46,953 nucleotides of DNA from a bacterium (GTDB lineage Bacteria; Patescibacteriota; Saccharimonadia; Saccharimonadales; Saccharimonadaceae), in contig JAYTVU010000050.1 in assembly GCA_043743855.1 (NCBI GenBank), positions 1-46,953 on the forward strand, given 5' to 3'. Below are positions 1 through 8,258 of the stretch, piece by piece. The notes under the pieces were generated by a model. It made no database searches, was not told the origin of the DNA, and was given only the letters and a program-made list of their open reading frames with translations. Each line of letters begins with the position of its first letter. Within the stretch, counting starts at the first letter, position 1. The translations under genes and the position numbers were made by a program.

Positions 1-1
1 A

Positions 2-976
2 TTGGATTCAGATGCGATTAGCATTGGTGGTTTCGCGCCTCTTAGTGATATTGAAGAGCCAGCCGCAGATGAGCTAAAAGATGAAGAAGAGGAAGAAGAC
101 GACGAAGACACCCTAAATAAGGGACAATATTTTGATGATGCCAGCGACGACAGTGTTCGTTTGTACCTCCGTGAAATTGGCAAAATTCCTTTGCTTAATT
201 CCGAAGAAGAACTGGCTCTTGCTAATCGTGTGGTGGCTGGCGATAAAAAAGCCAAAGACAAAATGGCCGAAGCCAATATGCGTTTAGTCGTCTCAATCGC
301 CAAACGTTACAGTGGTCGTGGACTTGATTTTCTAGATCTAATCCAAGAGGGGAACACAGGACTTTTGCGAGCTGTTGAAAAATTCGACCCAGACAAAGGT
401 TTCAAATTCTCGACTTATGCCACATGGTGGATTCGACAAGCGATTACACGTGCCATTGCTGATCAGGCTAGGACAATTCGTATTCCGGTGCATATGGTTG
501 AAACCATCAACAAATTACTTCGTACGCAGCGTCGCATGACACAGGAATTAAATCGTGAGCCAACAATTGAAGAGCTTGCCATCGAACTTGAAATGGAACC
601 TGCCAAAGTAGAATACGTTATTAAAATCAAACAAGATATCACTTCACTTGATGCTGGTGTTGGACGCGATGGCGAAGACGAAGATTCGGTTCTTGGTGAT
701 TTTATCGAAGATGATGCTGGTGTTACACCCGAAGAATCTGCCACTTCTCAGCTTTTAAAGGAACAGGTTCAATCAGTTCTTTCAACACTGTCCGATCGTG
801 AGCAGAAAATTGTTAAAATGCGATTCGGGCTTGAAAATGGTAAAAGCCACACACTAGAAGAAGTCGGCCGAGAATTTGCTGTTACCCGTGAACGTATTCG
901 TCAAATTGAAGCCAAAGCCCTAGCTAAACTTCGCAAACACAAAGACGCAAAAAAGTTGCACGAGTATCTAGGCTAG
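2..976 (+). CDS. rpoD: RNA polymerase primary sigma factor (sigma-70 family); may be 5'-truncated by the window edge
   Basis: The frame is open to the window edge. An acidic N-terminus is followed by region 1.2 ([11 protein letters not shown]), region 2 ([17 protein letters not shown]) and region 4.2 ([19 protein letters not shown]). Confidence 0.93.
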   Translation: MDSDAISIGGFAPLSDIEEPAADELKDEEEEEDDEDTLNKGQYFDDASDDSVRLYLREIGKIPLLNSEEELALANRVVAGDKKAKDKMAEANMRLVVSIAKRYSGRGLDFLDLIQEGNTGLLRAVEKFDPDKGFKFSTYATWWIRQAITRAIADQARTIRIPVHMVETINKLLRTQRRMTQELNREPTIEELAIELEMEPAKVEYVIKIKQDITSLDAGVGRDGEDEDSVLGDFIEDDAGVTPEESATSQLLKEQVQSVLSTLSDREQKIVKMRFGLENGKSHTLEEVGREFAVTRERIRQIEAKALAKLRKHKDAKKLHEYLG

Positions 977-1022
977 TACAAACATTATATTCACGGGTTA
1001 TGTCATCCGTTCGCAGTGTCTA

Positions 1023-1601
1023 TTAATTATCGTAAAACTCGATTTCGTTTAGAACGTTATCGATTTGTTTATTGAGGTTATCTAAATTACTGTCATTCAT
1101 CACATAATAGTCAGCGATGGCGATTGGTCCGCCCTTTTCAATGTTTTCAATCTCTGCCCAGTCGCGTTGGTCAACTTCACCAGCATTTAGTGGTCGTAGT
1201 GGGCGATTAGCCATTCGCAACTTTCGCACATGTTTCGGAGATACAACGGCAACTACCGTCAATTCACCTGGGAATTCGTGTTTCATCACTTTGTATTCAG
1301 TCCAGGTATAAAGTCCGTCAGCAACTATTCTGTGTTGGCCTGCGTCAATTAAATCGTGAATTTGGCTAATAATCCGTTTAACGACGAAATCCTTTCCTTC
1401 GATTTCCCTTAATTCTTCACGAAGTGGTTGCTCGTTTTCTTGAGTCAGCTCAAGCCCCCGTTTTTTAACTTCGTCCAATACAATCCCACCAAAATAGACT
1501 TTTGGGTAACCTTTTGAAACAATGTAATCCACGGCTACACTCTTACCAGAGCCAGTTAGCCCGACAAACGCTACGATTTTATTATTTTTGCTATATGTCA
1601 T
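1023..1601 (-). CDS. P-loop nucleotide/nucleoside kinase-like protein (CoaE/dNMP-kinase-like fold)
   Basis: N-terminal Walker A motif GLTGSGKS in a 192-aa protein. The size and layout fit small nucleotide kinases, but substrate cannot be assigned from sequence alone. Confidence 0.55.
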   Translation of the reverse strand: MTYSKNNKIVAFVGLTGSGKSVAVDYIVSKGYPKVYFGGIVLDEVKKRGLELTQENEQPLREELREIEGKDFVVKRIISQIHDLIDAGQHRIVADGLYTWTEYKVMKHEFPGELTVVAVVSPKHVRKLRMANRPLRPLNAGEVDQRDWAEIENIEKGGPIAIADYYVMNDSNLDNLNKQIDNVLNEIEFYDN

Positions 1602-1608
1602 ATTAAAT

Positions 1609-1617
1609 ATTGTAACA
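1609..1617 (-). promoter_or_regulatory. Extended -10 (TGtTACAAT on the minus strand) 7 nt upstream of the kinase ATG
   Basis: The minus strand reads TGTTACAAT-atttaat-ATG. The element overlaps the left arm of the 14-bp palindrome at 1611-1624. Confidence 0.45.
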
Positions 1618-1636
1618 GGTTACAGTAGTAGTGCGT

Positions 1637-1642
1637 TATACT
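1637..1642 (+). promoter_or_regulatory. -10 box TATACT 6 nt upstream of the polA ATG (leaderless geometry)
   Basis: The sequence reads TATACT-attaat-ATG(1649), with no SD between them. Confidence 0.4.
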
Positions 1643-1648
1643 ATTAAT

Positions 1649-4186
1649 ATGACAAAACGTTTGGCGGTGATTGATGGTAAGTCGGTATTTTATCGTGGAT
1701 ATTATGCTATGCCCGGTTTGTCGCTGGCCGATGGAACGCCGACTGGCGGAGTCTATGGCTTTGCATCATTGGCGATTGAGCTTATTAAGAAACTTGAGCC
1801 AGATTACGTTGCGGTCGCCTGGGATAAGAAGGGCACAAATATTCGCAAACGTCGAGAAATTTATCCTGAATATAAAGCTGGTCGCAAAAAAGCACCCGAT
1901 GACTTCTACGAACAGATTCCGATACTTCACGAGTTATTAGAAGCTTTTGGATGGCCACTATACGAAATGGATGATTATGAAGCTGACGATATCTTAGGCG
2001 CTTTTGCTAAACAGGCCGAGGCAAAGGGTGTTGAAACAGACTTATTAACTAGTGATTTAGATGCGCTTCAGTTGGTTGGTCCTCTAACAAAAGTTTACGC
2101 ATTGAAAAATGGACTGTCAAATATAGAAGAATTTCACGTTGACTCTTTTGAAAAAAAATATGGTATTCGGGTTGATCAGTTCTTAGATTTGAAATCATTG
2201 ATGGGTGATTCATCTGATAATTTGCCTGGAGTACCTGGAATCGGACAGAAAACTGGCATCCAGTTACTGCAGCAATTTGACACTCTAGACAATATATACG
2301 AACATCTAGATGATATTAAACCGACCGTTGCTAAAAAATTAATTGACGGCAAAAAGCTGGCATATATGACTAAGGAAGTTGGACGAATTTGGACTGAGGC
2401 ACCGGTCAAGTTGGATTGGGATGTGGCTGATGTTAATGATACTGATTTGGATAAAGTTGCTGCAATATTAAAAAGACTTGAATTCTCGTCATTAATTAAA
2501 CGTATGCCAAAACACATGCAGCTACAACCTACGCATCAGACTGCTACAGAAATTAATTTAGAACTAGGTGTTCTTCAAGAGTTAGTATGGCCTGAAGTTC
2601 TTACAATTGAGGGGCCAATTGTGCTGGCTGCTGATGGTGATACATTATGGTTATCAACCAATCAAAAGACTTTTTCACGCTCTCCTATAAACAAAATCGA
2701 CCGTAGTGTTTGGCGCGTATTTGAACTGGCTACTGTTATTAGTTTTGATGCCAAAGTGCTATACCATAAACTTGCAGACAACGGGGTGATGGTGAAATTT
2801 AGTGAACTGCATGACATTAATCAGGCTGCGTTTCTGATCAACCCTCTCGAGCGTGATCGGTCATTGTCACATCTTATTGGTAGTGATGTTGATGACTCTC
2901 AGGAGTTAAAGATTGCTGCAATTTGGCAAATTTATGATAGGCAGACTAAATCATTTGAGGACGAACCTAGTATCGCCAGGATTGCTCATGACTTCGATTT
3001 TCCGTTAATTTATATATTATTTTTGATGGAACATCGTGGCATAAAAATTGATCCTGAAATTCTGAAAACCATGAGCAAAACACTGGGTGAGGAACACAGC
3101 AAGTTTGAAAAAGAAATGTTTGCAATGGTTGGGTATGAGTTTAATATAGGTAGTCCAGCACAACTGTCTGAAGTACTATTTACTAAATTGCAGTTGCCAA
3201 CTAAGGATATAAAAAAAGGAAAGACTGGTTATAGTACTGGGCAAAAAGAGTTAAATAAACTTCGAGGGCTTCATCCAATTATCGAGCTAATTGAACGAAC
3301 TCGAGAGCTCGCAAAATTAAAAAATACTTATGTCGATGCGTTACCGCTACTGGCGGATGAGCATGGGCGTATACATACAACCTACAATCAGGATGTGGCC
3401 GGAACAGGACGCCTAAGTAGCACAAATCCGAATCTGCAGAATATTCCGATTCGAACACCACTTGGGCGTCAAATTCGCGAAGCTTTCATAACGGATGGTG
3501 ACAAAGTTTTTGTTAGCGCTGATTATTCACAATTCGAACTTCGTTTGGCGGCCGTTTTGGCCGGTGATCACGAAATGATTAATGATTTTAATGGCAACGT
3601 TGATATTCATACCAAGACTGCCAGTGTGGTTTATGGAGTGCCGATTGATGACGTGACTAAAACTCAAAGGCGCAATGCCAAGATAATTAACTTCGGTGTC
3701 TTATATGGCATGAGCCCACATGGGCTTAGTGCTGCAACTGGAATGACTTTCGGTGAGGCAAAAAAGTTTATTGACGAATATTTTGAACTCCGAAATCCTA
3801 TCAGAAAATATATTAATAAAACACTCGACCAAGCCCGAACCGAGGGTTATGCTGAAACGTATTTTGGACGCCGCCGACCAACTCCTGATGTACTGAGCAG
3901 TAATTTCATGGTTAGGGCTGCCGCTGAACGAGCAGCTGCCAATATGCCTATTCAAGGTACTGAGGCAGATTTAATGAAGCTGGCTATGATTAAAGTTGAA
4001 GACCGACTCGAAGGGCTTGGCCAGCAAATCTTGCAGATACACGACAGTATTTTGGTTGAATGCCCAGTCGAGAATGCAGAAAAAGTTGCTGATATACTAA
4101 AAGATACTCTGGAAAACATTGCTCCTGAATTAGAGGTAAAGTTAAAAGTTGATGTCAGCGTTGGAAAAAATTGGAGTGAGTTGTGA
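1649..4186 (+). CDS. polA: DNA polymerase I (5' nuclease plus a vestigial 3'-5' exo region plus a family A polymerase domain)
   Basis: The N-terminal 5'-3' exonuclease region contains LAVIDGKSVFYRGYYA and GDSSDNLPGVPGIGQKT. Pol A motifs are present (DYSQFELRLAA, RRNAKIINFGVLYGMS, QIHDSILVE). The central region lacks an obvious DxE ExoI motif. The ORF opens at GTG 1631, but ATG 1649 fits the upstream -10 box. Confidence 0.95.
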   Translation: MTKRLAVIDGKSVFYRGYYAMPGLSLADGTPTGGVYGFASLAIELIKKLEPDYVAVAWDKKGTNIRKRREIYPEYKAGRKKAPDDFYEQIPILHELLEAFGWPLYEMDDYEADDILGAFAKQAEAKGVETDLLTSDLDALQLVGPLTKVYALKNGLSNIEEFHVDSFEKKYGIRVDQFLDLKSLMGDSSDNLPGVPGIGQKTGIQLLQQFDTLDNIYEHLDDIKPTVAKKLIDGKKLAYMTKEVGRIWTEAPVKLDWDVADVNDTDLDKVAAILKRLEFSSLIKRMPKHMQLQPTHQTATEINLELGVLQELVWPEVLTIEGPIVLAADGDTLWLSTNQKTFSRSPINKIDRSVWRVFELATVISFDAKVLYHKLADNGVMVKFSELHDINQAAFLINPLERDRSLSHLIGSDVDDSQELKIAAIWQIYDRQTKSFEDEPSIARIAHDFDFPLIYILFLMEHRGIKIDPEILKTMSKTLGEEHSKFEKEMFAMVGYEFNIGSPAQLSEVLFTKLQLPTKDIKKGKTGYSTGQKELNKLRGLHPIIELIERTRELAKLKNTYVDALPLLADEHGRIHTTYNQDVAGTGRLSSTNPNLQNIPIRTPLGRQIREAFITDGDKVFVSADYSQFELRLAAVLAGDHEMINDFNGNVDIHTKTASVVYGVPIDDVTKTQRRNAKIINFGVLYGMSPHGLSAATGMTFGEAKKFIDEYFELRNPIRKYINKTLDQARTEGYAETYFGRRRPTPDVLSSNFMVRAAAERAAANMPIQGTEADLMKLAMIKVEDRLEGLGQQILQIHDSILVECPVENAEKVADILKDTLENIAPELEVKLKVDVSVGKNWSEL

Positions 4187-4635
4187 ACAAAAACTTTAAA
4201 ATTAACATTTTAAAACTCAAACGATCTGCGATTTTGCCAGAATATCAAACCGAGTATTCGGCCGGTATGGACTTGCATGCTTGTTTGGACCAGCCAATGA
4301 CGATTCAACCAATGGGAAGGGTAGTTGTTCCAACTGGTATATCAATCGAGTTACCACCAGGTTATGAAGCTCAAATCAGGTCTCGCAGTGGGCTTAGTCT
4401 TAAACATGGTATCACGATGGCCAATGGCGTAGGCACAATCGATAGTGATTACAGGGGTGAATATGGTGTTATGTTGGTTAATATTAGCAATAAACCATTT
4501 GTTGTCGAGCACGGTATGCGGATTGCTCAATTAGTTATCTCAAAATACGAGCATATAGATTGGAATCAAGTTGATTCACTGAGCGAAACCCAGCGTGGTT
4601 CTGGTGGTTTTGGTAGTACAGGTGCTGGTATTTAG
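4183..4635 (+). CDS. dut: dUTP diphosphatase
   Basis: dUTPase motifs are present (AGMDL, RSRSGL, GTIDSDYRGE, RGSGGFGSTG). The GTG start overlaps the polA stop by 4 nt (GTGA). Confidence 0.93.
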   Translation: MNKNFKINILKLKRSAILPEYQTEYSAGMDLHACLDQPMTIQPMGRVVVPTGISIELPPGYEAQIRSRSGLSLKHGITMANGVGTIDSDYRGEYGVMLVNISNKPFVVEHGMRIAQLVISKYEHIDWNQVDSLSETQRGSGGFGSTGAGI

Positions 4636-4636
4636 A

Positions 4637-4665
4637 TTGACTTAGTCGACAAAGGATATTATAAT
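4637..4665 (+). promoter_or_regulatory. Near-consensus sigma-70 promoter TTGACT-17 nt-TATAAT
   Basis: TTGACT lies at 4637-4642 and TATAAT at 4660-4665, with an exact 17-nt spacer. The ATG at 4676 is 10 nt downstream of the -10 box. Confidence 0.7.
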
Positions 4666-4675
4666 AATAGATACA

Positions 4676-5272
4676 ATGGCAAGCTACAAAACAACCAGGT
4701 TCATCCAAATAGTGTTTGTGCTACTGATTATCATATTAGTTATAGGCACACTGGTTTATTTTGGTCGGTCTATATTTTTTCCCAACACAAATGTGGCCTC
4801 TCAGCCTGACATTAGCCAAACTGCTTTGTTAAGTACGAATGCTGATAGAGCCGTGCGTATGACCGTTAGGGGACCGATTGTTGCTGATGAGGATTATCGA
4901 ACATACCAGATTCGGGTAACGCCAAATGAACGGGCCCTAATAGAATATAAGGGTTACCAGAACCAGCAGTTTGATAATATTACTTTGGTAAATAATATCC
5001 CATCATATGAACAATTTGTGTACGCCTTAGATAGGTCTAACCTGATGAGGGGAACCGAACTTACGGGTGATAGCAACGATGTTCGTGGCGTCTGTGCCAG
5101 TGGTAATCTATATCAATTCCAAATTTTTAAAGCTGATAAGGTGGTCAAAATGCTTTGGACAACCTCCTGTTCAAGCGTGCATGGATCAATAAATGCCAGT
5201 CTGAGGGTCTTGACTGATCTTATAATTAGTCAAATACCGGGTGCCCAAAAAAAGATTAACACTTTATGGTAA
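4676..5272 (+). CDS. Hypothetical membrane-anchored protein
   Basis: There is one N-terminal hydrophobic helix (FIQIVFVLLIIILVIGTLVYF) followed by a soluble domain of about 165 aa. I recognise no motif. Confidence 0.6.
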   Translation: MASYKTTRFIQIVFVLLIIILVIGTLVYFGRSIFFPNTNVASQPDISQTALLSTNADRAVRMTVRGPIVADEDYRTYQIRVTPNERALIEYKGYQNQQFDNITLVNNIPSYEQFVYALDRSNLMRGTELTGDSNDVRGVCASGNLYQFQIFKADKVVKMLWTTSCSSVHGSINASLRVLTDLIISQIPGAQKKINTLW

Positions 5273-5844
5273 GAGCTGTTATTTTTGATTGTTTCGGCGT
5301 TTTAGTCCAATCTGGTACAAAATTAGTTTATAAAGCTTTCCCTCATTTATTAACTGAAATCAATGATCTAGAACATCAGGTAGATTATGGCCTAATCTCG
5401 CAGCAGGAATATTACGATCAGATTGCAAAATTGACTGGACTATCGGCAGATGAAGTTTTTAATAAATATTATGCCCGAGAAGTACGCGACGAGACCGTTT
5501 TTGACTGGGCTCGTCAACTAAAAGCCACAGGTAAATACATGATTGGTCTTATTAGCAATGTCGGTAGCAACAGACTACAAGATTTCCTGTCCAAGGATGA
5601 GCAGGTTAATCTATTTGATCAGATTATTGCTTCAGCCGATGTTGGTTTGGCAAAACCAGAAATGGCTATTTTTGAACTTATGGCCTCAAGGCTTGGGCTT
5701 GAACCTAATGAGTGCGTTATGATTGACGATATCTCTATAAATATTGAAGGTTCAATTGATGCTGGTATGAAGGGGATCATGTTCACTTCGACCGAATTTG
5801 TGAAAGTAGAATTTAACAAACTGATTGAGCCTAATAATGCCTGA
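5266..5844 (+). CDS. HAD superfamily hydrolase (subfamily IA-like)
   Basis: Motif I is VIFDCFGVL (nucleophile Asp), motif II is LISNV, and motif IV is MIDDISINIEGSIDAGM. The gene overlaps its neighbours on both sides. Confidence 0.75.
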   Translation: MVRAVIFDCFGVLVQSGTKLVYKAFPHLLTEINDLEHQVDYGLISQQEYYDQIAKLTGLSADEVFNKYYAREVRDETVFDWARQLKATGKYMIGLISNVGSNRLQDFLSKDEQVNLFDQIIASADVGLAKPEMAIFELMASRLGLEPNECVMIDDISINIEGSIDAGMKGIMFTSTEFVKVEFNKLIEPNNA

Positions 5845-6709
5845 ACTACCAGAGGTGGAAACAGTTAAGCGTGGTCTAAATAAATTAATAGTTGGTCGCA
5901 AAATAGTTGCAGCTAGGCACGATAACCCTAAAAGTTTTCCAAATTTCGAGTTTGACGTAAATCAGTTTTTAATGAATGCCACCATCAAAGAAGTTAGACG
6001 TCGTGCCAAAGTATTATTGATTGATTTGTCGACTGATTACACACTAGTAATTCACCTCAAGATGACAGGTCAGTTAGTGTTTGTGAATAATAAGAAACGT
6101 TTTGGTGCTGGGCATCCTAATGATAGTTTAGTAGGCACTTTGCCGGACAAATCTACTCGTGTGACGTTTGATTTTGCTGATGGATCGCACCTATATTTTA
6201 ATGACCAGCGAAAATTTGGTTGGGTGCGTTTGATGCCAACGCTAGAGGTGCCAAATATAGATTTTATGAAAAAAGTCGGACCTGAACCGCTAGAAGTAGA
6301 CTTTACGGTTGCCGAATTTATTAGTAGGTTTAAAAAGCGGGCTAAAACCACAATAAAGGCAGCACTGCTTGATCAGACTGTGATTGCAGGCGTAGGTAAT
6401 ATCTATGCTGATGAGTCATTGTGGGGTGCCGAAATCCATCCAGGCCGACAAGTTGGTACAATAACAGACGAAGAATTCAAAAAACTATATACTGAAGTGC
6501 GATTTGTCATGAATTTGTCAATCGAAAAAGGTGGTAGCACCAACCGAAATTATGTTAACGCCGAAGGCAAGAAGGGTAGTTATATGGATTTTGCCCGAGT
6601 GTTCAGGCGTGAAGGCCTGCCTTGCCCAAGATGTGGCACTACAATCATAAAACTAAAAGTCGCCGGTCGCGGAACACATATTTGTCCGCATGAGCAGATA
6701 TTAAAGTAA
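5837..6709 (+). CDS. mutM: Formamidopyrimidine-DNA glycosylase (Fpg/MutM)
   Basis: The N-terminus MPELPEVETVKRGL (catalytic Pro2/Glu3) fixes the start at ATG 5837. An H2TH region and a C-terminal zinc-finger-like CPRC...CPHE are present. The gene overlaps the HAD stop (ATGCCTGA). Confidence 0.9.
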   Translation: MPELPEVETVKRGLNKLIVGRKIVAARHDNPKSFPNFEFDVNQFLMNATIKEVRRRAKVLLIDLSTDYTLVIHLKMTGQLVFVNNKKRFGAGHPNDSLVGTLPDKSTRVTFDFADGSHLYFNDQRKFGWVRLMPTLEVPNIDFMKKVGPEPLEVDFTVAEFISRFKKRAKTTIKAALLDQTVIAGVGNIYADESLWGAEIHPGRQVGTITDEEFKKLYTEVRFVMNLSIEKGGSTNRNYVNAEGKKGSYMDFARVFRREGLPCPRCGTTIIKLKVAGRGTHICPHEQILK

Positions 6710-6729
6710 ATATTCATTTCTGGTCCTGT

Positions 6730-6752
6730 CATTCGGTCTGTCCCGCCGAATG
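6730..6752 (+). other. Hairpin (7-bp stem CATTCGG/CCGAATG, 9-nt loop) downstream of fpg, without a U-tract
   Basis: The inverted repeat is perfect and was read directly. No T-run follows it, so terminator function is uncertain. Confidence 0.3.
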
Positions 6753-6790
6753 CCACCCGCTGTCTACGATTCTGCGTTATACTAGGTATA

Positions 6791-7696
6791 ATGATAACGT
6801 TATTTATAGGTGATAATTCATTTGAAATTGAAAGAGCACTTCAAAAGATTGCGACCGATTTTGATGGAATTGTTGAAAAAATCGAAGGTTCTGACCTAGT
6901 GATTTCACAGTTACCAGATATCTTGATGGGGGTTAGTTTGTTTGCTACAAAACGAACCATAATTATTAGAAATTTAAGTGAGAATAAATCAATTTGGTCT
7001 GTGTTTAGTAATTGGATACCTAAAATATCTGATGACATTCATCTAGTATTAATCGAACCAAAGCCTGATAAACGGACAACAACTTTTAAGTCACTCAAAA
7101 ATAGCTCAGACGTTCATGAATCCCAGCAGTGGAGTGATAGTGACATTCAAAAAGCTGAAAAATGGGTGGCAAGTGAAGCTTTGCGACAAGAGTTAGAATT
7201 GAATAAAAAAAGTGTTCAGACCTTAGTCCAATGGGTTGGTGTTGATCAGTGGCAGTTATTCCATGCAATTGAAAAGTTGAAACTTGTCGATGTGGTTTCG
7301 GACGAAACTATTAAGGACGTCATCGAAGCTAGCCCGTTCGAGAATGTGTTTAGCCTGTTTGAGGCAGCATTAACAGGTGATGCGGGTGGCCTGAGTCGAA
7401 CTCTAAAAACACTTGAACAATCTGAGGATGTATTTCGGTTGTTTGCTTTACTTTCAACCCAAGCATTCCAATTGGCCGTAGTTGCATCTGCTACGGAAAA
7501 CGACAGTATAACCAAGGATTTTGGTTTGCATCCTTATGTGGTCTCAAAGTTATCGCCAGCTGCTCGACGTCTCGGGAAGAGTGGAGTATCAAAAATTATC
7601 GCAATTTTTGCCGAAACTGATGATGATATCAAGACATCAAAAGCCGACCCATGGTTATTAATTGAGCGGGCATTAATAAAAGTAGCAAATACCTAG
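6791..7696 (+). CDS. holA: DNA polymerase III delta subunit
   Basis: The 301-aa product has the HolA-like layout (LFIGDNSFEIE start, SLFATKRTIIIRN, C-terminal helical domain with LFHAIEKLKL). TATACT at 6778-6783 lies 7 nt upstream of the ATG. Confidence 0.75.
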   Translation: MITLFIGDNSFEIERALQKIATDFDGIVEKIEGSDLVISQLPDILMGVSLFATKRTIIIRNLSENKSIWSVFSNWIPKISDDIHLVLIEPKPDKRTTTFKSLKNSSDVHESQQWSDSDIQKAEKWVASEALRQELELNKKSVQTLVQWVGVDQWQLFHAIEKLKLVDVVSDETIKDVIEASPFENVFSLFEAALTGDAGGLSRTLKTLEQSEDVFRLFALLSTQAFQLAVVASATENDSITKDFGLHPYVVSKLSPAARRLGKSGVSKIIAIFAETDDDIKTSKADPWLLIERALIKVANT

Positions 7697-7697
7697 A

Positions 7698-8096
7698 TTA
7701 TTTTTTGACTGCTGGTTTTTTAGCAGATACTTTTTTGGCAACAGTCTTTGGGGCCGCTTTTTTTGTAACAACTGTTTTGGCAACTGGTTTCTTGACGTCC
7801 GTTTTGGCGATAACTTTTGGTGCAGCCTTTTTGACTGAGCCGCTTGCAAGTTTAACACCAGAATTCTTTGCAATTTTTGAAAGCTGAGATTTACGCCTTG
7901 CGACAGTATTTTTCTTTAACAAGCCTTTTTTAACAGCGGTATCAAGTTCGCTTTGGGCGGCACTTAGGCCTTTGGCACTTGGTTTTGCAATGAAAGCTTT
8001 GGTTGCTTCTTTGATATCGTGTTTAATGCCGACGTTACGTTCACGGCGTTTGATAGTCTGTTTTGCCCGTTTGATGGCAGATTTGATGATTGGCAT
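7698..8096 (-). CDS. rpsT: 30S ribosomal protein S20 with a Lys/Ala-rich C-terminal extension of about 48 aa
   Basis: The N-terminus MPIIKSAIKRAKQTIKRRERN is a typical S20 core of about 85 aa, followed by KKAAPK/AKKPAVKK repeats. An AAGAGGT SD lies upstream. A TATAAT on the minus strand maps to 8118-8123. Confidence 0.9.
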   Translation of the reverse strand: MPIIKSAIKRAKQTIKRRERNVGIKHDIKEATKAFIAKPSAKGLSAAQSELDTAVKKGLLKKNTVARRKSQLSKIAKNSGVKLASGSVKKAAPKVIAKTDVKKPVAKTVVTKKAAPKTVAKKVSAKKPAVKK

Positions 8097-8182
8097 GCTA
8101 GATTTTTACCTCTTTAAATTATAAATACAATCAAGGAGTGATTATAAAGCAAAATTAGGCAGTTGTAAAGTGATGATGGATA

Positions 8183-8212
8183 TTGACGCATGTAAAATAC
8201 TTATGGTATAGT
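8183..8212 (+). promoter_or_regulatory. Sigma-70 promoter TTGACG-18 nt-TGgTATAGT
   Basis: The -35 box is at 8183-8188 and the extended -10 at 8204-8212, about 45 nt upstream of the ATG at 8259. Confidence 0.55.
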
Positions 8213-8258
8213 TACACTTGAAGTCTAGGTAAAACAAAAAGCCAGGGAAACACTATAA

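Noticed and set aside
463-744. Numerous 60-170-aa antisense or out-of-frame ORFs in the track, for example 463-744, 2176-2517, 8963-9340, 9359-9700, 13883-14266, 16074-16502, 18023-18526, 25483-25893 and 32166-32519.
   Set aside because: Each is fully embedded in a longer ORF with clear homology-type motifs on the other strand or in another frame. None has a start context (an SD or an adjacent -10 box) or a recognisable domain.
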